Assembly: GCA_965117025.1 (NCBI GenBank)
Contig: OZ220746.1
Location: 2,085,854 to 2,149,853 of the forward strand
DNA: 64,000 nt
Direction: 5' to 3'
Source: Rhodothermales bacterium
Lineage (GTDB): Bacteria; Bacteroidota; Rhodothermia; Rhodothermales; VXPQ01
This document shows, in pieces, positions 8,872 through 17,480 of this stretch; positions within the stretch are counted from its first letter, which is position 1; every line of letters begins with the position of its first letter. The position numbers and the translations under genes are program-made. Under the pieces are notes generated by a model that was given only the letters and a program-made list of their open reading frames with translations, was not told the DNA's origin and did no database searches.

Positions 8872-10617
8872 ATGCGCTCGTGGGGACCGGGTTGCTTCTT
8901 CGGTGCGAAGACGGAGGGATTGGTTCTGTCGGGGCGCCTGTGGGGATGGGGTCTTTTCCTGGCGCTGAGTATGGCGGCCTGTATGCGCGAAGCGCCGCCG
9001 GATGAACGTGACCGCGTGGTGACGAGCGTGAACGGTGTGCCGATTACCGTGGGTGATTTCGAGACATCCTACGTGGCCTTCCTCATCTCCACGGGGCAAA
9101 ACGACACACCCGGTAACCGTTACTTCCACCTTGCCACGCTGATCGACGCATCCCTGCTGGCTGATGAAGCGGCCCGCCGCGACTATGGGGCGGATAGCGC
9201 GTTTCAATCCGTCGTCGAGCGCGTTCGGCGGCAGGCTATCGGCGGACGTTTCTTCGAAACGGCATTTCTGGAAACTTTGCCGCCCATCGACGATGCCGAA
9301 GTGCGCCGGGCATTTGTCCGGTCGAAGCAGCAGGTCGTGGTGCGGCATCTCTTTTACCGCGGCCCCGCTGAAGCGGAAGCTGCCCATGCGCGGCTGCAGG
9401 CAGGCCGCGATTTTCTGGAAGAAGCGGTCGTCTGTTACAGCCTTCCCGCCGTCGATTCGTCGGCGGGCATGCTGGGTCCCATCCGTTATTTCCAGGTCGA
9501 CGATGCCTTCGCCGAAGCGGCGTTCACGCTTGATGTCGGGGAGATATCGGAACCGGTTCGTTCGCGCTACGGCTACCACATCATCCGGGCGGAAGAGAAA
9601 ACGGGCACGCCCATCATCATGGAATCCGAATATCTGAATCGCAAGGAAGGGATAACGACCCAGGTGGCTCTTCGTACCCGGCGCCTCGAAGGTGATCGCT
9701 TCGTACGTACGTTCATGGAAGGGCTGGACGTACAGGTCGACGTCCCCGCTGTCCAACGTCTTGCGCAGGCGATTCAGCGCCTCGAAAACCGTGTGGCGCC
9801 GGCCCCCGTGGAGCTGGACATGGACCCGGAAACAGCGCAGCCCGATCTGCGCGCACTGCGTGGAGAACTCACACCGGACACCCCGTTGGCCACCTACACG
9901 TTCGAGGGCGACACGGTGGTTTTTACGGCAGGCGACTACTATTTCTGGCTTTCCGAACTGCCGTTCTCCGAAGCGCGTACCCGTACTTCAGCCTCCGTGG
10001 GCCGTGCTTTACGCAATGATGCCCTTTTCCGCGCCGGCCTGCGTCAAGGCCTGGATAACGACCCGTGGGTAACCGCTGAAGTGGAGCGCGAAGGCCGCCG
10101 TGAACTTACCCGGCGTATCCGGGACACCCTGCGCGCGAACCCGCTCTCCGCGATTCCCGAAACGGATCTTCGCGCCGCGTTCGATCGGAGTCCCGCGGCC
10201 CGACAGCGTCGCTGGACCGCCGACTTCTGGACCATCTCTTTCGCCACGCAGTCCGAAGCGGAAGCAGCACAGGTCCTGTTGACATCCGACCCGTCGCGGG
10301 CGCCGGACTACGTGCAGTATGCCAGGTATACGGAAGCGAGTCTGGATACCTTGCCTCAATGGGCCGTGACGGTTCGGCACGCCCCCATTCGGCAGGTGAT
10401 GCTTGCCCGCCGGGCTTCCGGCACCTGGGCCCTGATTCACGTGGAGAAACGTCGCGCGGAGCCGGCAACCACGTATGCGGCCGTGAAGGATTCGCTCCTG
10501 AGCACCGTTGCTCCGCGCTACAACGAGTATCGTCTCCTCCGACGACTTCACGATCAGGCAACCATGGCGACGGACAGCCTGTTGTTTGAGCGGATCATGA
10601 AACTCGACGGGGAATGA
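8872..10617 (+). CDS. SurA/PpiC-type (parvulin) peptidyl-prolyl isomerase, probable lipoprotein
   Basis: ATG at 8872 (the track start 8824 would overlap the upstream gene). Lipobox-like LALSMAAC. Parvulin block GMLGPIRYFQVDDAFAEAAFTLDVGEISEPVRSRYGYHIIRAEEK. Confidence 0.75.
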   Translation: MRSWGPGCFFGAKTEGLVLSGRLWGWGLFLALSMAACMREAPPDERDRVVTSVNGVPITVGDFETSYVAFLISTGQNDTPGNRYFHLATLIDASLLADEAARRDYGADSAFQSVVERVRRQAIGGRFFETAFLETLPPIDDAEVRRAFVRSKQQVVVRHLFYRGPAEAEAAHARLQAGRDFLEEAVVCYSLPAVDSSAGMLGPIRYFQVDDAFAEAAFTLDVGEISEPVRSRYGYHIIRAEEKTGTPIIMESEYLNRKEGITTQVALRTRRLEGDRFVRTFMEGLDVQVDVPAVQRLAQAIQRLENRVAPAPVELDMDPETAQPDLRALRGELTPDTPLATYTFEGDTVVFTAGDYYFWLSELPFSEARTRTSASVGRALRNDALFRAGLRQGLDNDPWVTAEVEREGRRELTRRIRDTLRANPLSAIPETDLRAAFDRSPAARQRRWTADFWTISFATQSEAEAAQVLLTSDPSRAPDYVQYARYTEASLDTLPQWAVTVRHAPIRQVMLARRASGTWALIHVEKRRAEPATTYAAVKDSLLSTVAPRYNEYRLLRRLHDQATMATDSLLFERIMKLDGE

Positions 10618-10679
10618 TAGTCGGGCTCGGCACTGCTCCGTGGGGATGACGCTCGACGAAGTGGGTCTCCGGAAAAGAT

Positions 10680-11936
10680 TCACCGGCGCTGCTGCAGCCG
10701 CTCCCGGACTCCTTCTACCGCAGGGTTACCCTCACCGTAGCGAAATGCGCGATGCAGTGCAGAGTCCGCTTTTACGGGTTGCCCGGCGTTCAGGTACAGT
10801 AAACCCAGATTAACCCATGCTTCCGCATGGGTCGGCTCGACGCGCAGCACTTGATTAAACAGCGTTTCGGCTTCAGTATGCCGCCCCGTTTGCGCATACA
10901 GCGTGGCGATGTTGGTTTTGAGCGCCAGGTTTTGCGGGCGAAGGCTGAGCGCGACATTATAGACCTTGAGCGCTTCCGTCAGCCGGCCCGAGCGGCGCAA
11001 TGCATCGGCATAGATCAATTGCGTCTGGAAACTTTCCGGCGTGGTTCGCACTTCCCGCCCGTAGCGTGCGATGTCCTGCTGTTCCGCACGCAATTGGTCG
11101 GCTCGGGTAATCATCGTGGCGGCCTCATCCGACCGCCCCAGATCCTGTAAGGATTGGCCCAGGGAAAAGGCGGCCTGGTAGTTCCATGGTTGTGCATCCA
11201 GCACGGCGCGCAGGTGTGGAATCGCTGCAACCGGTTCACCCATCCGGCGGAGCAGGGCGCCTGCCTTGTACCGATAGGCGAGATTGGCGGTGTCGAGAGC
11301 AAGAGCCCGCTCGGCATACTCCAGCGCCACGCTGAAGTCGCCTTCGCGTTCATACCAGTCGGTAAGTGCGTCGTAGGCAGACGCGTAGTTCGGATCGAGA
11401 GCAACGGCCTGCAGGTAGGCTTCCCGCGCCTCCGCTGCGTTGCCCAGCACCTCGTGTGTGCCGCCGAGCCCGTGCCACGGGTTGGGGTCGTTGCTGCGCT
11501 CGGTCTCGCGGGTGTAGAAGGTCAGTGCCTCGCGGTAGCGACGTCCCTGGAACGCTACATTCCCGAGATTGTGGGCAAGTCCGGGGTAATCGGGCTGTAT
11601 TCGTTCCACTTCACGCCATGACGCTCCCGCCTCGTTAATACGCCCCAGTTCGAAATAAATCAGCCCCTGCACGAAGTGGCCGTCGGGGGCGAAGGGCGCA
11701 TGCGTTATTGCGCTGTCGGCGAAGGCGAGTCCCTGGACGTAGTTCTGACGGGCCAATGCCTGCCGCGCCAATCGCACGAAGCGTGCGGCCGAGGGGGACA
11801 AGGAAATGGTGCGTTGCAGCAACTCGGGGGAATCGGAATCCTGGCTACTACCCTCCGTACCGGAACGACACCCTCCCATGATGACGAGCAAGAGGACAAG
11901 GCAGGCGATGCGGGGGATGGAATGGACCGGGCACAT
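10680..11936 (-). CDS. TPR-repeat lipoprotein
   Basis: Internal ATG at 11934-11936 gives MCPVHSIPRIACLVLLLVIMGGC (lipobox). The body is made of repeated TPR-like units (AxxxYxxAL..DPNYA patterns). The longer track ORF reaching 12092 has no signal peptide. Confidence 0.7.
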   Translation of the reverse strand: MCPVHSIPRIACLVLLLVIMGGCRSGTEGSSQDSDSPELLQRTISLSPSAARFVRLARQALARQNYVQGLAFADSAITHAPFAPDGHFVQGLIYFELGRINEAGASWREVERIQPDYPGLAHNLGNVAFQGRRYREALTFYTRETERSNDPNPWHGLGGTHEVLGNAAEAREAYLQAVALDPNYASAYDALTDWYEREGDFSVALEYAERALALDTANLAYRYKAGALLRRMGEPVAAIPHLRAVLDAQPWNYQAAFSLGQSLQDLGRSDEAATMITRADQLRAEQQDIARYGREVRTTPESFQTQLIYADALRRSGRLTEALKVYNVALSLRPQNLALKTNIATLYAQTGRHTEAETLFNQVLRVEPTHAEAWVNLGLLYLNAGQPVKADSALHRAFRYGEGNPAVEGVRERLQQRR

Positions 11937-12076
11937 GCCGAATCTCCCAGAGAAAACAGGTGTGACCTTCTCCAAGGTAAAACATGCGGAGGTACCATGC
12001 CGGGTTACCTCGTCATACGTTGTGCCGAACACAGTACGCCGCGAGGCTTTGTGTTGTTGTGGGCGGAGCCGAATTC

Positions 12077-14776
12077 CTACGAACTGAACCACCAGTTCAT
12101 TTTCAGCACGAAGACGTTTTCCATGGGCGCTGTCGCCAACTGGTTGAACGACGGGCCGAATTCGAAGTAGGGATCGTTCGTGAAGTCGGATCGCTGCTGC
12201 GTCCAGACCAGATACAGCGTAGAGCCCGGGCGGTATTCCCAGCGCGCCACGGCCGTTCCCCGGAGCGAGGCTATATTGAAGTCGCGATTGGGAATCTCAA
12301 TGGTTTGGGCAAGTCCGTCGGGCCCGTCCGGGTCCGCCACAAGGGTTTCCCCATCGAACGTCGAACCTGCTTCCCCGTAGCGTATGAAGTCATAGGACCG
12401 TGAGCGGGCCAGTTCCTTGTACTCCGAGTAGTCGCCCACGGAAACGAGGGGTTGCGCATACAACTGAAAACTCAGTTCCGGAGTAAACGTCCAGTTGAGC
12501 CGCACGGTGGACGACAGGGTTATCTGATCGAGTTTGGCGAATACGTACCGCTTTCCGAATGTCCGGGTGGCCAACGGGTCGTCGAAGGCGCCCACCCACT
12601 GGCTCTTTTCGGTTTCCCATGAAACGGAGGGGCTGAGGGCAAGGGCTACATTGGGCGCCGCCTGCCACTCGATGTCCACATCCAGTCTTGTTTCGCGTCC
12701 CGATTCCCCGCGTTCCATATCCACGCCCAGGCCGACTACAAACGTTTTCCGCCGGTCCGAATACACGGATACGTCCATTCCCATACCGCCCGGCTCCAGC
12801 GTCAACGGACCGCCGCGCGTGCGCCGCGTACTCACGGTTTCCGGGACGACGAAAAGGCGTCCGAACGCCGTGTAGTAGTTCAGAAATTCGATGCGGGAGA
12901 AGGCGAAGGCCCCCGTCGAGAACGCATTTCCGGAGAAATCGACCCCCCGGAACAGGGCGGTGAGTACGAAGGCATCCCTTGTAAAGCGGGTGGGATCGGG
13001 CCAGCTGTACCCGAATCCGATATGGCCATTGATGGCGTCCGATCCGGATTGGAAGCCGGCGTCGTTTACGTCGAAGGAAGGGGACACCGCTGCGATCGCT
13101 GTACTGAAGGAAAGGCGTCCGCGTTCCTTGCTCAGCCCAAGGCGTCCGGCCCATCCGCTCAGCGACGTGGCGCTGCTGTCGATGCGGACATGATCGATGT
13201 CCGGGCGCTGGAAGTAATGCAACGAACTGCGCTGGATATCGAGCAGCCGCTGTTCGGTCCCGTTGAGATGGGACAAGCCGGCCCAACCGTTAAGCACCCA
13301 GGTATTTTCGCTATCGAGAAAGGTCCACCCGTCCACGCCGAAACCCAACGACCGCTTGTTCATCTGATCCATGAGGCGCTCGTCCGAGAAGAACCGCTGG
13401 TTGACCGTGGACATGAAACCCAGTCCGTGGCGCCCGTCCGTGAATTCTTTCTGGGCGCGGTAGACGCCGTAGTAGGTCGCCGGTTCTACTTCCGCTTCGG
13501 ATCGCACGCCGGTTCCGCTCTGCAGCCGGGCATGCTCCCGGGCTGTGAGCGCCTGCAGGGTTCCCACGTTCCAGCTACCGGCCAACTTGCCCACGACCTT
13601 CGTGGCGCCGAGTATGCGCGTGCCGTCCGGCACATCCGAAAACGCGTGATCGGGCAATCTGCCTGTCGGCGAACGCCCGATCCGGCGGCTGTAAAAAAAC
13701 TCCGGACTGTTATGGAAACTCAAGTTAAATCTGGGGCCGCCCCTCCCGAAGTCGCCGAACACGGAAGCTCCTTCCACGAAAAACGGACGTTTTTCCGAGA
13801 AGTATGTCTCGTAATCGCTCAGGTTGATGACGGCGGGGTCCACTTCCACCTGCCCGAAATCCGGGTTTACCGTGGCGTTCATCGTCAGGTTGGATGTCAG
13901 GGCGTACCGTACGTCCACGCCGCCGTCCAGGCCATACACGGAGCCGTCGTTGAAGGGATTGCCGTCACTGACCGTTTGATCGTAGGAGGCGCGCGATGTC
14001 ACATACGGGATAATCTCCAGTTGGCGGCTCGGGCTGATATTCCGAATGCCCACCAGTTCCGGGAAGCGGCTCACGAAGCCGCTTTCGTCACTGGGCGTGT
14101 AGACCAGATACGCGCGCTCCTGCTTGCGCGAGATGCCGCGTATGAAGTTGATACCCCACACATACCGATCCTGCTGGTAGAACCGCAGTTGCGAATAGGG
14201 AATGCGTATCTCGGCCGTCCATCCGTACGACGTTCGCTGGACGCGTCCCTGCCACACCCCGTCCCAGTCGGAATCGTCGCCGTTGTCGTTCATGAGTACC
14301 CCGTCATAGAGCGTGCCGGCGGCATTCAGCCCGAAGTAGTATCCGCTGCGGCGGTCCAGATACGGGTCCAGCATGACGCCGAAAAAATCGGATTCCTGAT
14401 CTGCATCGCGGCGGCCCAGACGGGCGACAATCGAATCCGGCGCGCTGTCGAACAGGCGAGCGCCGACATAGATGGCGTCGCTGTCGTACAGGACGATGGC
14501 TTCGGTGCGTTCGGTCGCCGGCATCCCTTCAAGGGGATCCAACTGGAAAAATTGATCGGCGACTATACCCTGGGCCCATGCCGATTCATCGAGGCGGCCG
14601 TCTATCTGCATGGTCTCCGCCGTGACCGTCGCGGTGACGATCTGTATTACGGCGGGGTCCTCCATGGGGGCATCCTGCGCATGGGTGTGCGTCTGGCTCC
14701 AGCCTGCGGGGGCCAGACGCGTCATCGCTGCAAATCCCAGTATGAAAAAACACAGAATACGCGCCGTCGCAAGCAT
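12077..14776 (-). CDS. CBM9-like / DUF5916-like secreted or outer-membrane protein
   Basis: Signal peptide MLATARILCFFILGFAAMT. N-terminal DGRLDESAWAQG...ADQFFQLDPLEG resembles the carbohydrate-binding family 9 fold that heads DUF5916 proteins. 899 aa, beta-rich. Family name is from memory. Confidence 0.6.
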   Translation of the reverse strand: MLATARILCFFILGFAAMTRLAPAGWSQTHTHAQDAPMEDPAVIQIVTATVTAETMQIDGRLDESAWAQGIVADQFFQLDPLEGMPATERTEAIVLYDSDAIYVGARLFDSAPDSIVARLGRRDADQESDFFGVMLDPYLDRRSGYYFGLNAAGTLYDGVLMNDNGDDSDWDGVWQGRVQRTSYGWTAEIRIPYSQLRFYQQDRYVWGINFIRGISRKQERAYLVYTPSDESGFVSRFPELVGIRNISPSRQLEIIPYVTSRASYDQTVSDGNPFNDGSVYGLDGGVDVRYALTSNLTMNATVNPDFGQVEVDPAVINLSDYETYFSEKRPFFVEGASVFGDFGRGGPRFNLSFHNSPEFFYSRRIGRSPTGRLPDHAFSDVPDGTRILGATKVVGKLAGSWNVGTLQALTAREHARLQSGTGVRSEAEVEPATYYGVYRAQKEFTDGRHGLGFMSTVNQRFFSDERLMDQMNKRSLGFGVDGWTFLDSENTWVLNGWAGLSHLNGTEQRLLDIQRSSLHYFQRPDIDHVRIDSSATSLSGWAGRLGLSKERGRLSFSTAIAAVSPSFDVNDAGFQSGSDAINGHIGFGYSWPDPTRFTRDAFVLTALFRGVDFSGNAFSTGAFAFSRIEFLNYYTAFGRLFVVPETVSTRRTRGGPLTLEPGGMGMDVSVYSDRRKTFVVGLGVDMERGESGRETRLDVDIEWQAAPNVALALSPSVSWETEKSQWVGAFDDPLATRTFGKRYVFAKLDQITLSSTVRLNWTFTPELSFQLYAQPLVSVGDYSEYKELARSRSYDFIRYGEAGSTFDGETLVADPDGPDGLAQTIEIPNRDFNIASLRGTAVARWEYRPGSTLYLVWTQQRSDFTNDPYFEFGPSFNQLATAPMENVFVLKMNWWFSS

Positions 14777-15086
14777 GAGAGGGGTGAAGATGGGTTGCTC
14801 GAAGTCCTTCTGACGGGCCAGATGGCGAGATATGATGCCGGCTACTCGACTACGGGTCGACTACGGGCCCAATTGAACCACTGTCCTTTTTGCGCAATAC
14901 GGAAATAAAAGGAGATGGTTGCAGGGGCGAGATTCGCGGTGCTCGTTTTCCGGAAAAAGGCGTGCGAGATAACGGCGAAGAAACGACTTCTGCGATGGCG
15001 TATTCCGCCCGCCCTGCCTGTCCGCAGGGCGGGTTTACCCGATCATCGAATGCAGGGTTCGAGCGAGTCCTGCCTATGGGAATTGC

Positions 15087-17195
15087 TTATGGGATGGCCG
15101 TTACGGGCGCTGTCAGGAGGTGCGTGCGTTCCCCGTCTTCCAGAAAGAGGCGCGAGAAATACATACCCGAAGGCAGGTCAGTGCGCACGGACAACGTGTG
15201 TTTTCCCGTCCCGAACGCTTCCGGAGAATGCACATATACGGTGCGTCCCAGCATGTCCACCATCTCCAGGCGGGCCCGTACGGGTCGGTCGGTCCGGAAC
15301 GCCAGCTTGACTTCTCCGGAAAACGGGTTGGGCCAGGCTCCTTCCAGCTGCATCCCCTCCGGGATTTCGTCCGCTTGCTCGGCGGAGGTGGCCTCCTTCA
15401 GCGTAAAGCGCATCCGGTTCAGGTTGAATCCTCCGTTGCGCACGTTCAGCCTCAGGACATGCTCGCCGGCGGGTAGCGTCACATCGCGCAGCCATACTGA
15501 TCGCCACGCCTGCCATCCGCCTGTAACGGGTGCGACGACATTGCTGCCAAGCCGTTCGTTGTTCAGCGCGAGGTAGAAGATGCCGCCATTGTCGGCCGCA
15601 TCGGCGGCGACGCGGAATTCAACATCATAGATTCCTGCCTGCTCGACCTGCACCGTCCAGGTCAGCCATTCGGCCGTTTCGATCCATCCCACATTATATT
15701 CGAATCCTTCCGAATCTTGCGACCTCTCGATGTCGACCCCGTCATTGCGGTATTCATACCCATTGTTGCCCTTGGTATCCCCGCTGACTCTCATGATTTC
15801 TGTGTCGTGGTAGGTAGTGCCCGCGTGTCCGATGTCGTAATCCACGGCATTGACGACGCCGGGAATGGGATGTTCTTTGAAGGGTTTGCGCAGCGTGGCG
15901 TAATCCGGATCCAACAGCGCCGCAAGGACGCCGGGCCGCGTGATGCAGGAATCGAGGTCCAACCCTTCGGCCATGGCGTAGAGGGCCTCGCTGGCTGCCC
16001 GATTGGAAGGGCGGGGGTTGTTTGCGGGGTTGTTTATGTAATTGATCACATTTACGTATCCTGGCGCAAACGGCGCGGAAAGCGGGCTGGTGATCGTCGC
16101 TATTTTCTTGTGCGTCCACCAGTTCCAGCCGATCCCGTGTCTTTCCGCGAGCCGGGTCACCTCAAAGAACCACGGATTCGAGTTTTCCCCCGATTCCCCC
16201 AGCCAGAGCGGCACGTTGGTTCTATTGCTAAAATCCAGAAGATAGTTGATGGTGCCGACGTCCGTGTGGTTCCAGTACTTGTGGAAGGCGTAGACGATAT
16301 TGTCGTCGGGGAGGTTTTCCAGTTGTGGAGGGAACGTGGTGGCGTAGTAATTTCCCTCTATAAAAATGATATGGTTCGTATCGATCTGGCGGATGGCCTC
16401 GATGAGCCGAACGTACATTGCGCGCAAGGCTTCCGATTGCTCCTCTCCAGTCCACTCGTTTGGGGTGCCGACACAGGTGTCTTTGGGCGCGCCGTCGCGA
16501 CAGTCGGGCGTGACGGGTTCGTTGATCAGATCGTATCCGATGATGTAAGGCTCGTCCACATAGCGCCGGGCGATCTCTTCCCATACGGTCACCAACTGGT
16601 CCTGATACGGGTCGGGCTCCGTCCAGAGACGGGCCACGCCGTCGCTGTCACTGATTTCGCCATGATTCTGCCCGCCGGGCGCGGCGTGCATGTCCAGAAT
16701 GAGATCGATTTCGTACTTGCGGCACCAGTCGAGAAGGTCGTCGATTATTTTAAACCCGCTCTCGATGAACGTCTCCGTATCGGGGTCGAAGAGCAGGTTG
16801 TAATGCATGGGCAGGCGAATATGATCGAATCCCCACTCAGCGATGGCCGCAATATCTTTTTCCGCGACGTATTTGGCCCGGTATAGCTCGAAGAAACGAT
16901 CCGCTCCGCTCTCGCCGATCAGGTTCACTATCGCTGCCCGGATGGAACGCGGAGAGCCGCCATCGGAGGGGAAAATATGCACCATGTATCCTTCCGGCAC
17001 GAGCCAGCCGCCCAGCCCCAGGCCGCGTATGACGACGGGGTCGCCGTCCCGATTGAGGATCTGTCTCCCCTCGGTCCGGAAAAAGTTTTGTCCCTGTGCC
17101 GGAAGAATCAGGAGAAAAACTGAAACGATCCCTGCAACGTACAGGATGCCTGCCCGAAATATCGTGTGTACCCTGTGGATATCGTTGTTTTTCAT
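15087..17195 (-). CDS. Glycoside hydrolase family 5 enzyme with CBM6/35-like module and T9SS C-terminal sorting domain
   Basis: GH5 acid/base motif IGYDLINEP and nucleophile region PLWLGESGEN. CBM6-like block WLTWTVQVEQAGIYDVEFRVAA...GFNLNRMRF. C-terminal domain WPNPFSGEVKLAFRTDRPVRARLEMVDMLGRTVYV...SGMYFSRL. Signal peptide present. Confidence 0.85.
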   Translation of the reverse strand: MKNNDIHRVHTIFRAGILYVAGIVSVFLLILPAQGQNFFRTEGRQILNRDGDPVVIRGLGLGGWLVPEGYMVHIFPSDGGSPRSIRAAIVNLIGESGADRFFELYRAKYVAEKDIAAIAEWGFDHIRLPMHYNLLFDPDTETFIESGFKIIDDLLDWCRKYEIDLILDMHAAPGGQNHGEISDSDGVARLWTEPDPYQDQLVTVWEEIARRYVDEPYIIGYDLINEPVTPDCRDGAPKDTCVGTPNEWTGEEQSEALRAMYVRLIEAIRQIDTNHIIFIEGNYYATTFPPQLENLPDDNIVYAFHKYWNHTDVGTINYLLDFSNRTNVPLWLGESGENSNPWFFEVTRLAERHGIGWNWWTHKKIATITSPLSAPFAPGYVNVINYINNPANNPRPSNRAASEALYAMAEGLDLDSCITRPGVLAALLDPDYATLRKPFKEHPIPGVVNAVDYDIGHAGTTYHDTEIMRVSGDTKGNNGYEYRNDGVDIERSQDSEGFEYNVGWIETAEWLTWTVQVEQAGIYDVEFRVAADAADNGGIFYLALNNERLGSNVVAPVTGGWQAWRSVWLRDVTLPAGEHVLRLNVRNGGFNLNRMRFTLKEATSAEQADEIPEGMQLEGAWPNPFSGEVKLAFRTDRPVRARLEMVDMLGRTVYVHSPEAFGTGKHTLSVRTDLPSGMYFSRLFLEDGERTHLLTAPVTAIP

Positions 17196-17212
17196 GGTCG
17201 TTTCTCTTCTTG

Positions 17213-17252
17213 CGATACAGGACGATACAGGACGATACAGGACGATACAGGA
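17213..17252. repeat. Perfect tandem repeat, 4 x 10 bp (CGATACAGGA; TCCTGTATCG on the GH5 coding strand)
   Basis: Read directly at 17213-17252. Begins 18 nt upstream of the GH5 start codon (17193-17195), within the divergent intergenic region. Confidence 0.95.
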
Positions 17253-17320
17253 CCTTTATGCACATTCCTCGGCATGAGGGAAAGCCATTATATGAAAAAT
17301 TCTTGCATTGCATGAAATTT

Positions 17321-17364
17321 TTGTGTAAGTAGTGTGCCCGCCATGGACATTGTGTATGTAGTGT
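17321..17364. repeat. 15-nt direct repeat pair TTGTGTA(A/T)GTAGTGT, start-to-start spacing 29 bp
   Basis: Copies at 17321-17335 and 17350-17364 differ at one position. Located upstream of the T9SS CBM-protein gene in an AT-rich promoter-like region. Confidence 0.9.
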
Positions 17365-17480
17365 ATCCACTGTGGGCATGTTGTCATTGTCACTTCCCAA
17401 GAGAGGTTTTTATGCATATCGCTATGAGTTACCAGATTATCCATTCCACGAATCATTTCAGTCGTGCTATTTATCGTTTC

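Noticed and set aside
13022-14908. 628-aa ORF on the plus strand
   Set aside because: It is entirely antisense to the DUF5916/CBM9-like gene, which has clear family features. The product is Arg/Gly/Ala/Val-rich with no motif. Long stop-free antisense frames are expected at this GC content.
17213-17252. The tandem repeat as a possible CRISPR array or minisatellite-encoded peptide
   Set aside because: The units are 10 bp with no spacers and there are no cas genes. The ORFs reading through it (RYRTIQDD-type repeats) lack starts and context. It is kept as a regulatory or variable repeat instead.
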